Assembly (NCBI RefSeq): GCF_006345805.1
Contig: NC_043005.1
Location: 79,918,001 to 79,982,000, forward strand
Length of the DNA stretch: 64,000 bases
Direction of reading: 5' to 3'
Source: Octopus sinensis
Lineage: Eukaryota
Shown one piece after another: positions 52,435 through 63,837 of the stretch. The notes below the pieces were generated by a model. That model had not been told where the DNA came from. It did not search any database and worked only from the letters and a program-made list of their open reading frames with translations. The number at the start of each line of letters is the position of its first letter. Position 1 is the first letter of the stretch. The position numbers were made by a program, and so were the translations under genes.

Positions 52435-52750
52435 TTAAAAGCAGCAGAAATATAACAAAGGCTGTTACTCAGAGTTTCTCGTTCCCGTTCATCGGACAGT
52501 TTTGTTAAAATGGAACAGAAATAACAATTTGGTCAAAACTAGTTAAAGGATACACCTTTAAAAATGGATGTGTTTCATTGGTCCTTTCAAATAATGATCT
52601 TAATCATGCGATAAACAAAATAAGCAAAATTAATGAATTCAATATAAATTATAATTTTTTTTAATAATCTATAATTTATATTGAATTCAGTTATTTTGTT
52701 TATCGCATGCTTAAGACCGTTATTTGAAAGGACTAATGAAACAAATCCAT
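52435..52750. mobile_element. PLE terminal repeat with hammerhead motif (52462-52499, -) and fold-back (52564-52653 / 52670-52750)
   Basis: The minus strand reads CTGT-CCGATGA-ACG-GGAA-CGA-GAA-ACTC-T-GAGT-A-ACAG. The adjacent inverted arms have a 16-nt spacer and a 10-nt indel. Confidence 0.7.
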
Positions 52751-53013
52751 TTATATATGTATATGTGTCTCTGTTTCTCCCTCCCCATTGCTTGACAATC
52801 GATGTTGGCATGTTTGCGTTCCCGTAATTTAACGGTTTTACAAATGAAATGGGTAAGATAAGTTCTAGGCTTACAAAGAATTAGTCCTGGGGTCGATTTT
52901 TTTTTTACTATAGGCGGTGCTCCAGTAAATGACTGAAACAAACAAAAATATAAATTAAACGGGTAATATTTCATATTTACAATTATATTTTCATTAAAAA
53001 GAAGCATTTTTCT

Positions 53014-53041
53014 TTGACGAAGGGTCCAGACCCGAAACGTC
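53014..53041 (+). ncRNA. Degenerate hammerhead-like motif
   Basis: TTGACGA-A-GGGT-CCAG-ACCC-GAAAC-GTC has a perfect stem II and a GUC triplet, but C3 is changed to U and there is no clear stem I. Confidence 0.4.
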
Positions 53042-53419
53042 CGCATGCACATCTCATACCCACAAACAAACTTGCTGTTTTCATAACCGTCAAGCAATCA
53101 GGTGGCTCGGTCTCTCACTCAAAATGTCTACGTTATTTTTTTATTTTTTCATCAGCGCTGGGCTGCATCTAAGACGTCTGGCAATTACATCGATCACGTC
53201 TGTTTAGTTAAACGGCGCTGTGCTGCATCGAAGTTGATTAGAAGTTGCATTAAGTACATTTAGCTTAAATAATCTACTGTTTTATGTATCCTAAGCTATG
53301 TGCTATTTAATAAATGCTTTACTGATATTTAATTACAAAGCTGAAATCCGTCCGCGAACATGTGTCATATAAATAGGCATAATTGATTATATCTGAGTAA
53401 TTCTAACTTCTAATGGTCG

Positions 53420-53478
<59 letters not shown>

Positions 53479-53563
53479 CTATATATATACATATATATAA
53501 TATATGATATATATATCACACACACCATATATATATATACACCACACACATATATATATATAT

Positions 53564-53603
<40 letters not shown>

Positions 53604-53634
53604 TATAATATATATATATATATAATATAATATA

Positions 53635-53676
<42 letters not shown>

Positions 53677-53789
53677 TATATATACATGTATATAGATATG
53701 TGTATTATGCTTTGTATTTTCTATGACAGAAAACAATTAAAACGCTATAGCAGCGAGCTAATGTCTGTGTTACTTGCGTTTTATTTTTT

Positions 53790-54230
53790 TACTGTTTCAG
53801 TCATTGGACTGCGACCATTCTTCGGCACGGCCTTGAAGGGTTTGAATCGGAAAGATTGATCCCAGAAATAAATTTTTCTGTCTCTTACTTATTCTAACGG
53901 TTCCTTTTACCGAACCGCTTACGCAACAGAGATGTAAACAGACCAATATCGGTTATCGAACGGTGGCACACACATAAACACGCATTCACTCGCACACATA
54001 CGTACATCATAAAATATACATACATATGTATTTATGAACGTATTTACGTACGTATGTACGTACATACGTATGTATGTATGCATGTCTTCGACGGGCTTCC
54101 ACTCATTATTCGTTTACTAAATCCATTCACAAGGTATCGGTAGATTCATTCCTACTGGAGAAAACTTTTACCCAAAGTGCCGTTTAGTGAGATTGAACTC
54201 AAATCAACAGGGTTTCTCAGTAAGCTTCTT
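53790..54230 (-). mobile_element. Diverged family-B SINE
   Basis: TTTACTGTTTCAGTCATTGG, GGTTATCGAACGGTGG and CCATTCACAAGG motifs flank an internal repeat. Confidence 0.65.
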
Positions 54231-55023
54231 AATCGCTCAGCCGTGCTTGTGCCTACGAACAGAGAAAATCCCGTATGGAATGCTTCAAAAATTTGCGTGT
54301 CATCATTTCGCAGGAGCCACGCTAATCTGTATGTCGTTCAAGTTTTACTATATGTAATGCCGCAATCTTTACCCTGAGTTCATATAAGTTGAGCTAAAAT
54401 TACCCCATGCCTGGAAAAAACGCAAGTACTGCTTCGTTGACTCGTACCGCATACTCTGTATAAGAACGAAAAACATGTTTAAGTGGTTCCATAAGAGACA
54501 AATATTTGAAAGTACTTTAAACAAACCACCGCCATCAACACCACCACGACCGCCACTACAAACATCACTAGCAACAACAAAAGCGACGACGATACCAATG
54601 GCATTGTCACAAAGAACATGATGGTTAATTGTATGATAATCCAGATTTAACTTTAGAGGGGTCTTCGAAGATCTACGGTGTTTAGTTACTAAGCAACGGC
54701 CTTCGTATTATACATAAGTATAATGTTGGAAACGATTAACTTATAGAGATAGTACTTCAAGTGCATTGAGTTGATAGCTTTCTTGGTTGTCAATGAGGAC
54801 AATGGAGATTATTCTAAAACACTTTATATTCTCAGTATTAAAACAAACTAAACAATGAACTAATAGTTTACAACTAATAGGTCTTAACTAATGGTTGAGA
54901 AACTCAGCGAATCGGCAACAATGTTAATTCTTATATGTATGTTCGTGTGCGTGTGTGTGTATATATAATATACATATACACACACGCACACACACATACA
55001 CACAATACATATGTGAGTGTATG

Positions 55024-55076
<53 letters not shown>

Positions 55077-55158
55077 GTATATATATTTATATATATGTAT
55101 ATATATGTTTATATGTCTATCTATATATACATATTAGCATAATAAATACATATACATA

Positions 55159-55190
<32 letters not shown>

Positions 55191-55407
55191 ATGTATGTAT
55201 GTATGTATGTATGTATATATATATATGATAGATATATATATATATATTATATATCTACATATGATAGCATTCGGCAGTGACCTGCAGAGTTTAACACACC
55301 GGCCAAAAAGTCTTAAGCAGCTTTTACTTCTATTATCGGAGTTCGAATCCTGCTGATTGAACTTTAATTTTTCATCCTTCCCTTAACCTACCCTACGAGC
55401 CCTAGGC

Positions 55408-55622
55408 TCCGAGAATAGTAATGTGACCACGTGTGTTCTGTTGGCGATTTTTTTCCCTCCGTCTTCCCTTCTTTGGATCTTTCCTTTTCCTATGTTTCTG
55501 ACAAAGAGCTCCGCTCGAAACGTTAAATCCTCCTTCTTTCCTGAGCGTCCAATAATACCATACTTGTTCCACGTCCTCGCGTTGTTGTGTTTTCTCTTTG
55601 TGTTCTCATGTTTGGATTAACT
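55408..55622 (+). mobile_element. PLE terminal repeat with inactivated hammerhead (55495-55527)
   Basis: TTT-CTGACAA-A-GAGC-TCC-GCTC-GAAAC-GTT-AAA has G8 changed to A, consistent with CpG decay. Confidence 0.6.
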
Positions 55623-55999
55623 TTATATATATCCCCGATTTTCTAAGCTGTCCTCACAACCTCCTGCATTCGTGATTTCCGTAATTTTCTCTGGAATGCC
55701 GTCACAGTGGGCAATTATGTGTTGGTTTACAAAATATTCTCACTTTCTAAAAGTTGCTACTTAGCTCTAAAAAAAGAGGGTATTTTCTTTCAGGGCACTT
55801 TTACCTTAATGGTACAGAACGCGCGGCCGGATTTTGAAAGATTCACTGTGCGAACCCCTGGCATCCCTGCCCCCTAATTTCTAAGCTGTCTTCTCAGCCT
55901 TCCGGATTTTGCATTGCATCTTATAGCAGAAACAACTGTAAGCTACTGAAGTTCTTGGCATAATTGATTATTACTTTGTCATTTTAATTTCTTATATAT

Positions 56000-56372
56000 A
56001 TATAAATATAGGCCCAGGCAAGTTTGTGTGGTAAGAGGCTTGCTTCTCAACCACATGGTTCTGGGTTCAGTCCCACTGCCTAACACCTTGCACATGTTTG
56101 TCTACTATAGCGTCGGACCGACCAAAACCTGAGTGGATTTGGTAGACTGAAATTGAGAAAAGACTTTTGTATGTATATATGTGTGCGCGCGCGTGTGTGT
56201 GTGCGCGCGCGTGTGTGTGTGCGCGCGTGTGTCTGTGTGCTTGTTTTTGTTCCCCATCATTGTTTGACAACCGTTGTTGGTGTGCTTACGTCCCCGTAAC
56301 TTAGCGATTCGGCAGACGAACCGATAGGATAAGTACTAGGCTAACAAAGAATAAGTCCCCGGAGTCGATTTG
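56000..56372 (+). mobile_element. Family-B SINE (3' end truncated)
   Basis: Family-B modules are present up to GAATAAGTCCC..GAGTCGATTTG. Confidence 0.8.
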
Positions 56373-56790
56373 AAAACAGGGATGACAGACTGGGATAAGA
56401 TCTGTTTAGGTATACAATCTGAGTCTAAAGAATTTCTCCAGAGGTTGGTTAGAGGGACTACAAGTTGTTCTCTATATTCCTTCAATTCGATCAATGGACC
56501 AACGAGTGAGGCGGCGGTCCTAAGCTTATTTGCATATGAATAGAACACTTTTGGGTTTTATTCATCCATTCCATCAATGGATAATTCTTCTGCTGCTTTG
56601 TCTGGTGTAGTGCAGTTGCTTAACTTCAGGTTATTTGTGGACCAGTTTACATAAGGGAGGTTAAGACCATCCATCACCAGTATGCTTCGGGGTTGCATTT
56701 TTGAAGGAAGGAATTGATTTTGTTGAGGCACTCTTCAAAGCACTTCAGAGGTGCTTGAGGAGGCCTGTAGAGATCAACAATGGTTATGTC
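56372..56790 (-). mobile_element. CR1/L2-group LINE remnant with large internal deletions (APE and RT N-terminus)
   Basis: Minus-strand peptides ITIVDLYRPPQAPLKCFEECLNKI and GLNLPYVNW (APE), then NPKVFYSYA, then LKEYREQLVVPLTNLWRNSLDSDCIPK....SVIPVFK (RT N-terminus). Confidence 0.7.
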
Positions 56791-57043
56791 ATTGGTCTGG
56801 TTGAATAGTGACATGGATTCACAGTAGCCGTTGGAAAATATGTCCTTCGCAAAGGAGTCATGGAGAAAGATGTATGTATGTATGTATGTATGTATGTATG
56901 TATGTATGTATGTATGTGTATATATTTATATATATATATGTGAGTGGATATATATATATATATATAGATACGTATATAGAAAAATATATACATACATTAC
57001 TATATGTCCACATGTATACATACACATATGCACAAATCTCTCT

Positions 57044-57108
<65 letters not shown>

Positions 57109-57110
<2 letters not shown>

Positions 57111-57456
57111 ATGGAAGCACTCCGTCGGTTACGACGACGAGGGTTCCGGTTGATCCGAATCAACGGAACAGCCTGCTCGTGAAATTAACGGGTACCCTTA
57201 ACGTAGTTCTCGGGGATATTCAGGGTGACAAGGCCGGCCCTTTGAAATACAGGTACAACAGAAACAGGAAGTAAGAGTCAGAGAAAGATGTGGTTAAAGA
57301 GTACAGCAGGGATCACCCACCATCCCCTGCCGAGACCCGTGGAGCTTTAGGTGTTTTCGCTCAATCAACACTCACAACACGCCCGGTCTGGGAATCGAAC
57401 CCGCGATCTATGACCGCTAGTCCGCTGCCCTAACCACTGGGCCATTGCGCCTCCAC
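57109..57456 (-). mobile_element. Family-C SINE (tail type 2)
   Basis: Family-C head and body, then tail GTTGTACCTGTATTTCAAAGGG...GGAACCCTCGTCGTCGTAACCGACGGAGTGCTTCC. A tail-only fragment also lies at about 33245-33345. Confidence 0.8.
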
Positions 57457-57584
57457 ACACACCACATCACACACATATATATAATATATAGTATATATGT
57501 ATATATATATATATATATATATGTAATATATATATATATGTATATATATATGTGTATAATATTATATATATTTATGTATATATA

Positions 57585-57615
<31 letters not shown>

Positions 57616-57634
57616 CATACTATTATCTATATAT

Positions 57635-57714
<80 letters not shown>

Positions 57715-57717
<3 letters not shown>

Positions 57718-57924
57718 GGTGTCCCAGCGTCGCGCATCATTCTGATTTTCATTTTTAATAATTAAAGCATATTATTTTATTATATTTTTTCTGCATGTTT
57801 TAATGTTGAGGGTGCTCAATTTGAGCATTTGTTACGATTAATTTCAATAAAGTGTTTTGGAAAGCAATAAGGGTGTATTCTTTTAAAAAAATCCAGGATG
57901 GTGCACAACTTCTGGGATACCTTG
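57715..57924. mobile_element. Tc1/mariner-type MITE in (TA)n
   Basis: Imperfect TIRs TA|CAGGGTGTCCCAG...CATCATT / GATGGTGCAC...CTGGGATACCTTG|TA. Confidence 0.6.
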
Positions 57925-58661
57925 TATATATACACACGCACATATACACATATATATGTGTGTGCGTGAGTGTATATATGCATAAACATGCACATTCATG
58001 CATTCGTAGATAAAAGTAATGCATTGTATGTGTATACTTGTTTGTGCGCGCGCGCGCGTATGTGTGTCTGCGGGGGCAGGAATAATTGACCTTCCTAAAA
58101 AGAATTGCGTTAAAAATTTTAACACCAGCACCTGAAGACATGCACAAAACTGGAAAATACACACATCAAGTTTTTTAAACGACTCTTCTACAATATTAAT
58201 TGTTTCCGTTTCATCCCACAGTCTCGTATAACGCCACTCGCCAAACAAGTACGGATCTGAACTGCCATTAATATATTTCTTTGTGTTCGTTTTATATTCT
58301 TGATACTTGTTTTTTAATCACTTTTTTTATTGTCTTGAAAGTTCACAGGTGCAATAGTTTATTATTTCTGATTGTTTAATAAATCCGGCAATTGGACTGT
58401 AACGATGTCAATATATGAAGACAACCTCATTTCCATATATTTGCATGAATAAAAATAGAGGTAAACGACTTTGTGTATTTTAAATGGGTCGTGCATTATA
58501 TGAAGATGCTCTTGCACTTAACTTAAATTGCATACGAAGAGCATGCTGTAAACATGTGTTAAGTTCAAACGGTATGAACGATTTGAGCAAGAAGGGCAAA
58601 GAGAGTGACAAGGTAGCCTCATGCGCTTAATTTTTCTCGACAAATCGTGTTATGCTCTGTA

Positions 58662-58972
58662 TTCTTCTTCTCGCCCTTTTCAAGCCTAACCAGGCTCGTG
58701 GGCCCGGTTTCCAGGTTTCTGTGGGGTATGTGTTCCCCTCAGATGGACGGGACGCCAGTCAATCGCAGCGTTACTCAAGAAACAGGAAGAGGGAGTGAGA
58801 GAAAATTGTGGTGAAAGAGTACAACAAGGGTCGCCACCACCCTCTGCCGGAGCCTCGTGGAGCTTTAGGTGTTTTCGTTCAATAAACACACACAACGCTC
58901 GGTTGGGAACCGAAACCGCCATCCTCCGACCGCAAGTCTCTTGCCCTAACCACTGGGCCATTGCACCTCCAC
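58662..58972 (-). mobile_element. Family-C SINE (tail type 1)
   Basis: Same head, body and tail as 23190-23497. Confidence 0.8.
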
Positions 58973-59149
58973 ATGGTCAGTATTATTTGAAATTAATTCA
59001 AATTCGACTTTTTGGGGTTTATCAATTTAAAACCAGTTGCGTACTGGGGTCGATCTGATCGACTGTCCCCCACTCCTCAAAATTTTCGAGCCATGTGCCT
59101 AGAGTAGAAAAGATAATTTGAAATTGATATCTTTTAACCTTTGACCCTC

Positions 59150-59540
59150 TATTTGTTTCAGTCATTAGACTCTGGTCATACTGGGGCACCGCCTGGAAGA
59201 ATTTTTAACCGAATGTATCGACTCCAGTAATTTTATTACACCTGGTACTTATTCTATCGTTCTCTTTTGCCGAAATGCTAATGTTTCGGAGACATAAATA
59301 TACCATCACCGGTTGTCAAGCAGAGGTGGGAAACAAGCGCAGACACAAAGATACACACACATACATAAATAAATGACGGGCTTCTTTCAGTTTCTATCTA
59401 CCAAATCCACTCACAACGCTTTTGCCGTTGGCCTGAGGCTATAGCAGAAGTCATTTGTCCCAGGTGCCACGCAGTGGGATCGAACCCGGGAATATATGGT
59501 TGGGAAGCAAACTTCTTATCACACAGTTACTCCTACGCTG
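59150..59540 (-). mobile_element. Family-B SINE
   Basis: Reverse-complement family-B modules. It is flanked by family-A fragments at about 59000-59115, 59600-59710 and 59735-59945. Confidence 0.75.
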
Positions 59541-60174
59541 AAGATATAATAATTTATATACATGTCCTTATAATATTGGTTTCAAAGTTTCGCACAAGCC
59601 TAGCAATTTCGTGGGAGAGTGAAAATCATTTACATCATCCCCATATTCATCTGGTACTTATTTTATCGACCCAGAAAGGATGTAAGTCAAAGTCGACCTC
59701 GAGGAATAACATGTCATTCTAATATTGGGTTAAGAAGCGATGAGCTTAGCTAAATGGTCAGCACGCAAGACAAAATGGTTAACGGCATTTCGTCCGTCTT
59801 TTACATTCTGAGTTGAAATGACACCGAGCTCGACTTTACATTTCATCTATTCGGGTTCGATAAAGCACCAGTTGAACATTGTGGTCGATGTAATTCACTA
59901 ATCCACTCTCGACAAAATTTCATGTCTTGTACCAATAGTACACTAGAAAGATTAAAGTATTTAAAATACTAGATAGTCAAATAGATTCGTTTTCTTAATT
60001 TCTGTTTTTGCTCCCCCCCCCCCCTCACTTAATTTAAACTTTTCCATTGCGATTTGAACTCACATGAAAAATATTTTTATCCTGTTTTATGGCTTTTGCA
60101 TCCCTATTGCTCTTCTAAAACTTATGTTCATCGTTTTGAGTAAATTTTGCCTTCTTTTAGACTTATGACGATAG

Positions 60175-60238
<64 letters not shown>

Positions 60239-60671
60239 GAGGAAAAGCACTATTATGCAATTCAAACAATGATAGTATAAACCAATCATAAATAAAAAAT
60301 AAATTATATTTTTTTAAATATAAATAAAAAATATATTTTAAAACATATAACTAGATCACAAAAAGTTAAAATTAATAATCAATATATAATAAGAAATATA
60401 TAATAAGTAATAAGTTTTTCTCTAATTTATATATTATATATTTATATTGTAAAATTTGATTTGATACTAAATTGAATTTTTCCCTGTAAGTTTGGAGTTA
60501 TACTCCCTAATGTTTTTTATATATATATATATATAATATTATTCGAGACAAAACCACTATTTTGCAAAACAAACAAGGAAAGACTTAATTAATACATAAA
60601 ATCGATTTAATCCTAAATCTGATTTTTTCCCTGTAAATTTGGTTTATTCCCTAATATTTATTATATATATA

Positions 60672-60703
<32 letters not shown>

Positions 60704-62398
60704 CTATATAAGAAGGAAAAATTGAACGATTTTATCTGACAAGCCAATATTTGTTAATCGCTAAAACTAAATTAATTAAGTAAAATCAACAGAGTCTGTT
60801 TGTGGTGACACCTAATGCTAGAAATAGCGGTTATGTCATTCTCAATTCACCGCTTACTCTATTAAATTAGAATAGCGTTCTAATCGTTAAACGCTTTCTT
60901 TGGAGAAAAGACGTCAACGCTGGAATATTTTTTATCGTAGGTCAATTCGAGTTTAGCTGACGTGGACTTAAACAACATCAGTAACATTGAACAAAAACAC
61001 CTAAGCTCCACGAGGTTCCGGCGGTGGTGGGGTGAACCCCGCTCTACTCTTTCACCACAACTTTCTCTCACTCATTCTTCCTACTTCTGTCACAAAGCAG
61101 AGGAACCATGGTGTTAACTACTATGGTGTGGTAAACTTTCAGAGCCTAGTCTAGATTGCGAATCCTCTGTACCCCAGGAGGGTTCAGCCCTCCACCCTTT
61201 AAAAGCCACCATTTACGGAATGAGGATAACAACGTAGCTTTTGCGCCCGTGCAACAGCCAGTCTATCATGCGTGTGGTGGGTGGATCTTCAAGTTGCCAT
61301 ACACATTCTTAGTAGCTTAGAGGAGTAGGTTCGAATTAGAGATTATTCTTTGTGGCTAATGGCATGAGTCCTCATTGAAGAAGAAAGAAGAAGAAAGAAG
61401 AAGAGAAGAAGAAGAAGAAGAAGAAGAAGAAGAAGAAGAAGAAGAAGAAGAGAAGCAGCAGAAGAAGAAGAAGAAGAAGAAGAAGCAGGCATCAGCAACA
61501 ATAATAGCTAAAATAATAACAGGACATCAACAACAATGAAAATAATACAAGAACATCAACAAAACCAATTCCATATAAAATCAAGGCCTAGAGGGTATAA
61601 GTGATACAGTCGAAACCAAAGACCAAGTTTTCGTTTCATAAATGAATATGTCTGACTATAATGGTGAAAATTGGCAAAAACGTATTTGCTATTAGAGTCT
61701 CACTAGAATATTTAGCATGTATGAATAACAATGGTTTGATATGTTATGCAAATATAATTAAACTGGTTAACCTTCAGTCTGATGGAAACAAATATCTGTG
61801 CATGGGAAATATTTGATAATAATCTAACTCATATAACAATGGCTGTTTAACTATTTCGGTAACAGATTTATACGTTGAATAAAAAAAAAAAAAAGGAAAC
61901 GTATTTTTTTTTTATTTGCATTTCATTTTCTCGATTGTTATTTATAGGTAAATATCATTAAAGCAAACACAAAGAGAGGCTAAGTAAATAAAGATCGGGG
62001 CAACAATGGCGAGAATAAAAAGAATTGCATATAAAAAATTGTAGAATAATATGAATACAAATTGGGAATATTATGTTTTATGATGTATTTTATTTTGAAA
62101 TAATTATTATTGTTGTCGCTATTGTTGCAGTTGTTGTTGTTAAGGCAGTGAGCTTGTTGAATCGTTAGCACGCTGGACAACGTGCTGTTTGGCGGCATTT
62201 CGTTCTCCTTTACGCTAAACCGTTCAAATTCCGCTGAGGTTGATATAACATTACACTCTATTCAGGTTGGGTGAAATACGTACCAGTCAAACACTGAGGT
62301 AGATGTAATCGACTATGGCCCTACCCCACAAAATTCCACACCTTGTGTCTATAGCAGAAAGTATCATCATCATCATCATCATCATTATTATTATAATT

Positions 62399-62922
62399 GA
62401 GTGAGAGAGCAGTGCAATGCCATCAAAGTGACACCGGGGTAAAATATACGAAGCCCAATATACCCATCATGACTACCCGTCTGATAAAGGTACACCAGGC
62501 ACATGCATCACAACCATATGTGCGCGACATGGTGATCTCATATCAAGATAAACAGCACATGACCTTGCAGGTGGGGCCCAGTTAGAATTTTCTTCAGGTT
62601 GAGTAGCCCATCCCGCTCAAACGGTCCCTGAATAAGGGTTGTTTAAGGATGTTGAAAGAACCACCCATATTTCCAGAGGTGAACTATTCAACCCCAAAGA
62701 ATCCCTCTCAGCACATGGCTATGATGCTCCCCCACTACTTCTGCTCGTGCTCAGAGATGCACATATCGTCAGCCACTAAGGGACATGCTCAACCGGTTAT
62801 GGTCAACAACTGACAAGCAAATCTGTGGTATTGAGCAGAATATTTGCTGTAGCCCATCTTTTATACCAAACAAAACAATGTACATGATAACACTTCCAAT
62901 CAGTTTAGATCAGAAGCATGAG
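62399..62922 (-). mobile_element. Family-F non-coding retroposon, longer copy between trinucleotide tracts
   Basis: The first ~350 bp are nearly identical to 8338-8690, and it extends about 170 bp further. It is flanked by (CAT)/(ATT)n on the left and (ATT)n on the right. Confidence 0.75.
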
Positions 62923-62926
62923 ATTA

Positions 62927-62990
<64 letters not shown>

Positions 62991-62993
62991 TAT

Positions 62994-63235
62994 TGTCTTT
63001 GCACGGCTTCTATCGCTAAGGATGTAGTACGGTGCCAGATGTTCACTACCAGAGAACTAAGGTAACACCTCTTATTTTTCGAGCACCATCCGGAGTATTC
63101 AAACGGTTCTAAGTAGTGCTGTTTTCTGCAAGTGCTCCAATCTACTGTCCTTAGGGTTTAACTTTATTGGACTTCGAACTGGATGTTTTGTAGTATCTAG
63201 ACCGGCGCTCTAATGTCTGTTACGTTACCTTCTTT
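62994..63235 (-). mobile_element. Second R4/Dong-like 3' fragment with (AAT)n tail
   Basis: Minus-strand RLEHLQKTALLRTV*ILRMVLEK* is homologous to the 4323 ORF end. The 3' UTR shares GTG(T/C)TACCTTAGT..CTGG with the 4215-4725 copy. Confidence 0.75.
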
Positions 63236-63837
63236 TGGCAGCGAGGTGGCTAAGTCCTTACAATGTTGGGAAAATGGCTTTTGGACATTTCGTTGTTTCT
63301 GTTCTGAACTCAACTACTGCCAAGGTTGACATTGCCCGTCATTTCTCCGTGGTCGACAAAATAAAGTACCCGTGAAGCACTTGGGTTGATGTTATCGGTT
63401 AAATATCTTTACGCAAAAAAGTTGGTCCTGTAGCCAATTATCAAATTTGGAACAGTGATTCTTCCCCCGTTTCTCTGTGTGTGTGGTGTGTGTGTGTGTG
63501 TACATTATGTATATATATATATATTATATATATATATAATATATATATATATATATGTATAATATATATATATATATATATACGGATATCTATACACAGT
63601 CATACGTGTATTTATACATGTGTAGGTGTGTGTGTGTATGTGTGCATCTGTCGCTCATATCGTCGCTTCCCGGACTGTTCTACCTAAATCTAGAGTACAT
63701 TGTACTTGTTAAGACAATATATCGTTAAAGAAATTTCTCCCTGGGGGAAAAACTGCAGGTTTAACTTTTCAACGATACGCCCTACGTTAAATATATCTCA
63801 CAGATAAAGAAGATATATCGATTGACAGATAGATAGA

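Noticed and set aside
57470-57712. Irregular interruptions in long (TA)n runs as a coded pattern
   Set aside because: Single-base slips in TA runs are typical of slippage or long-read consensus error.
62560-62610. Possible HDV-like ribozyme in family F (GGGCCCCACCTGCAAGG on the minus strand)
   Set aside because: I could not build the nested double pseudoknot by eye. A descriptor search would be needed.
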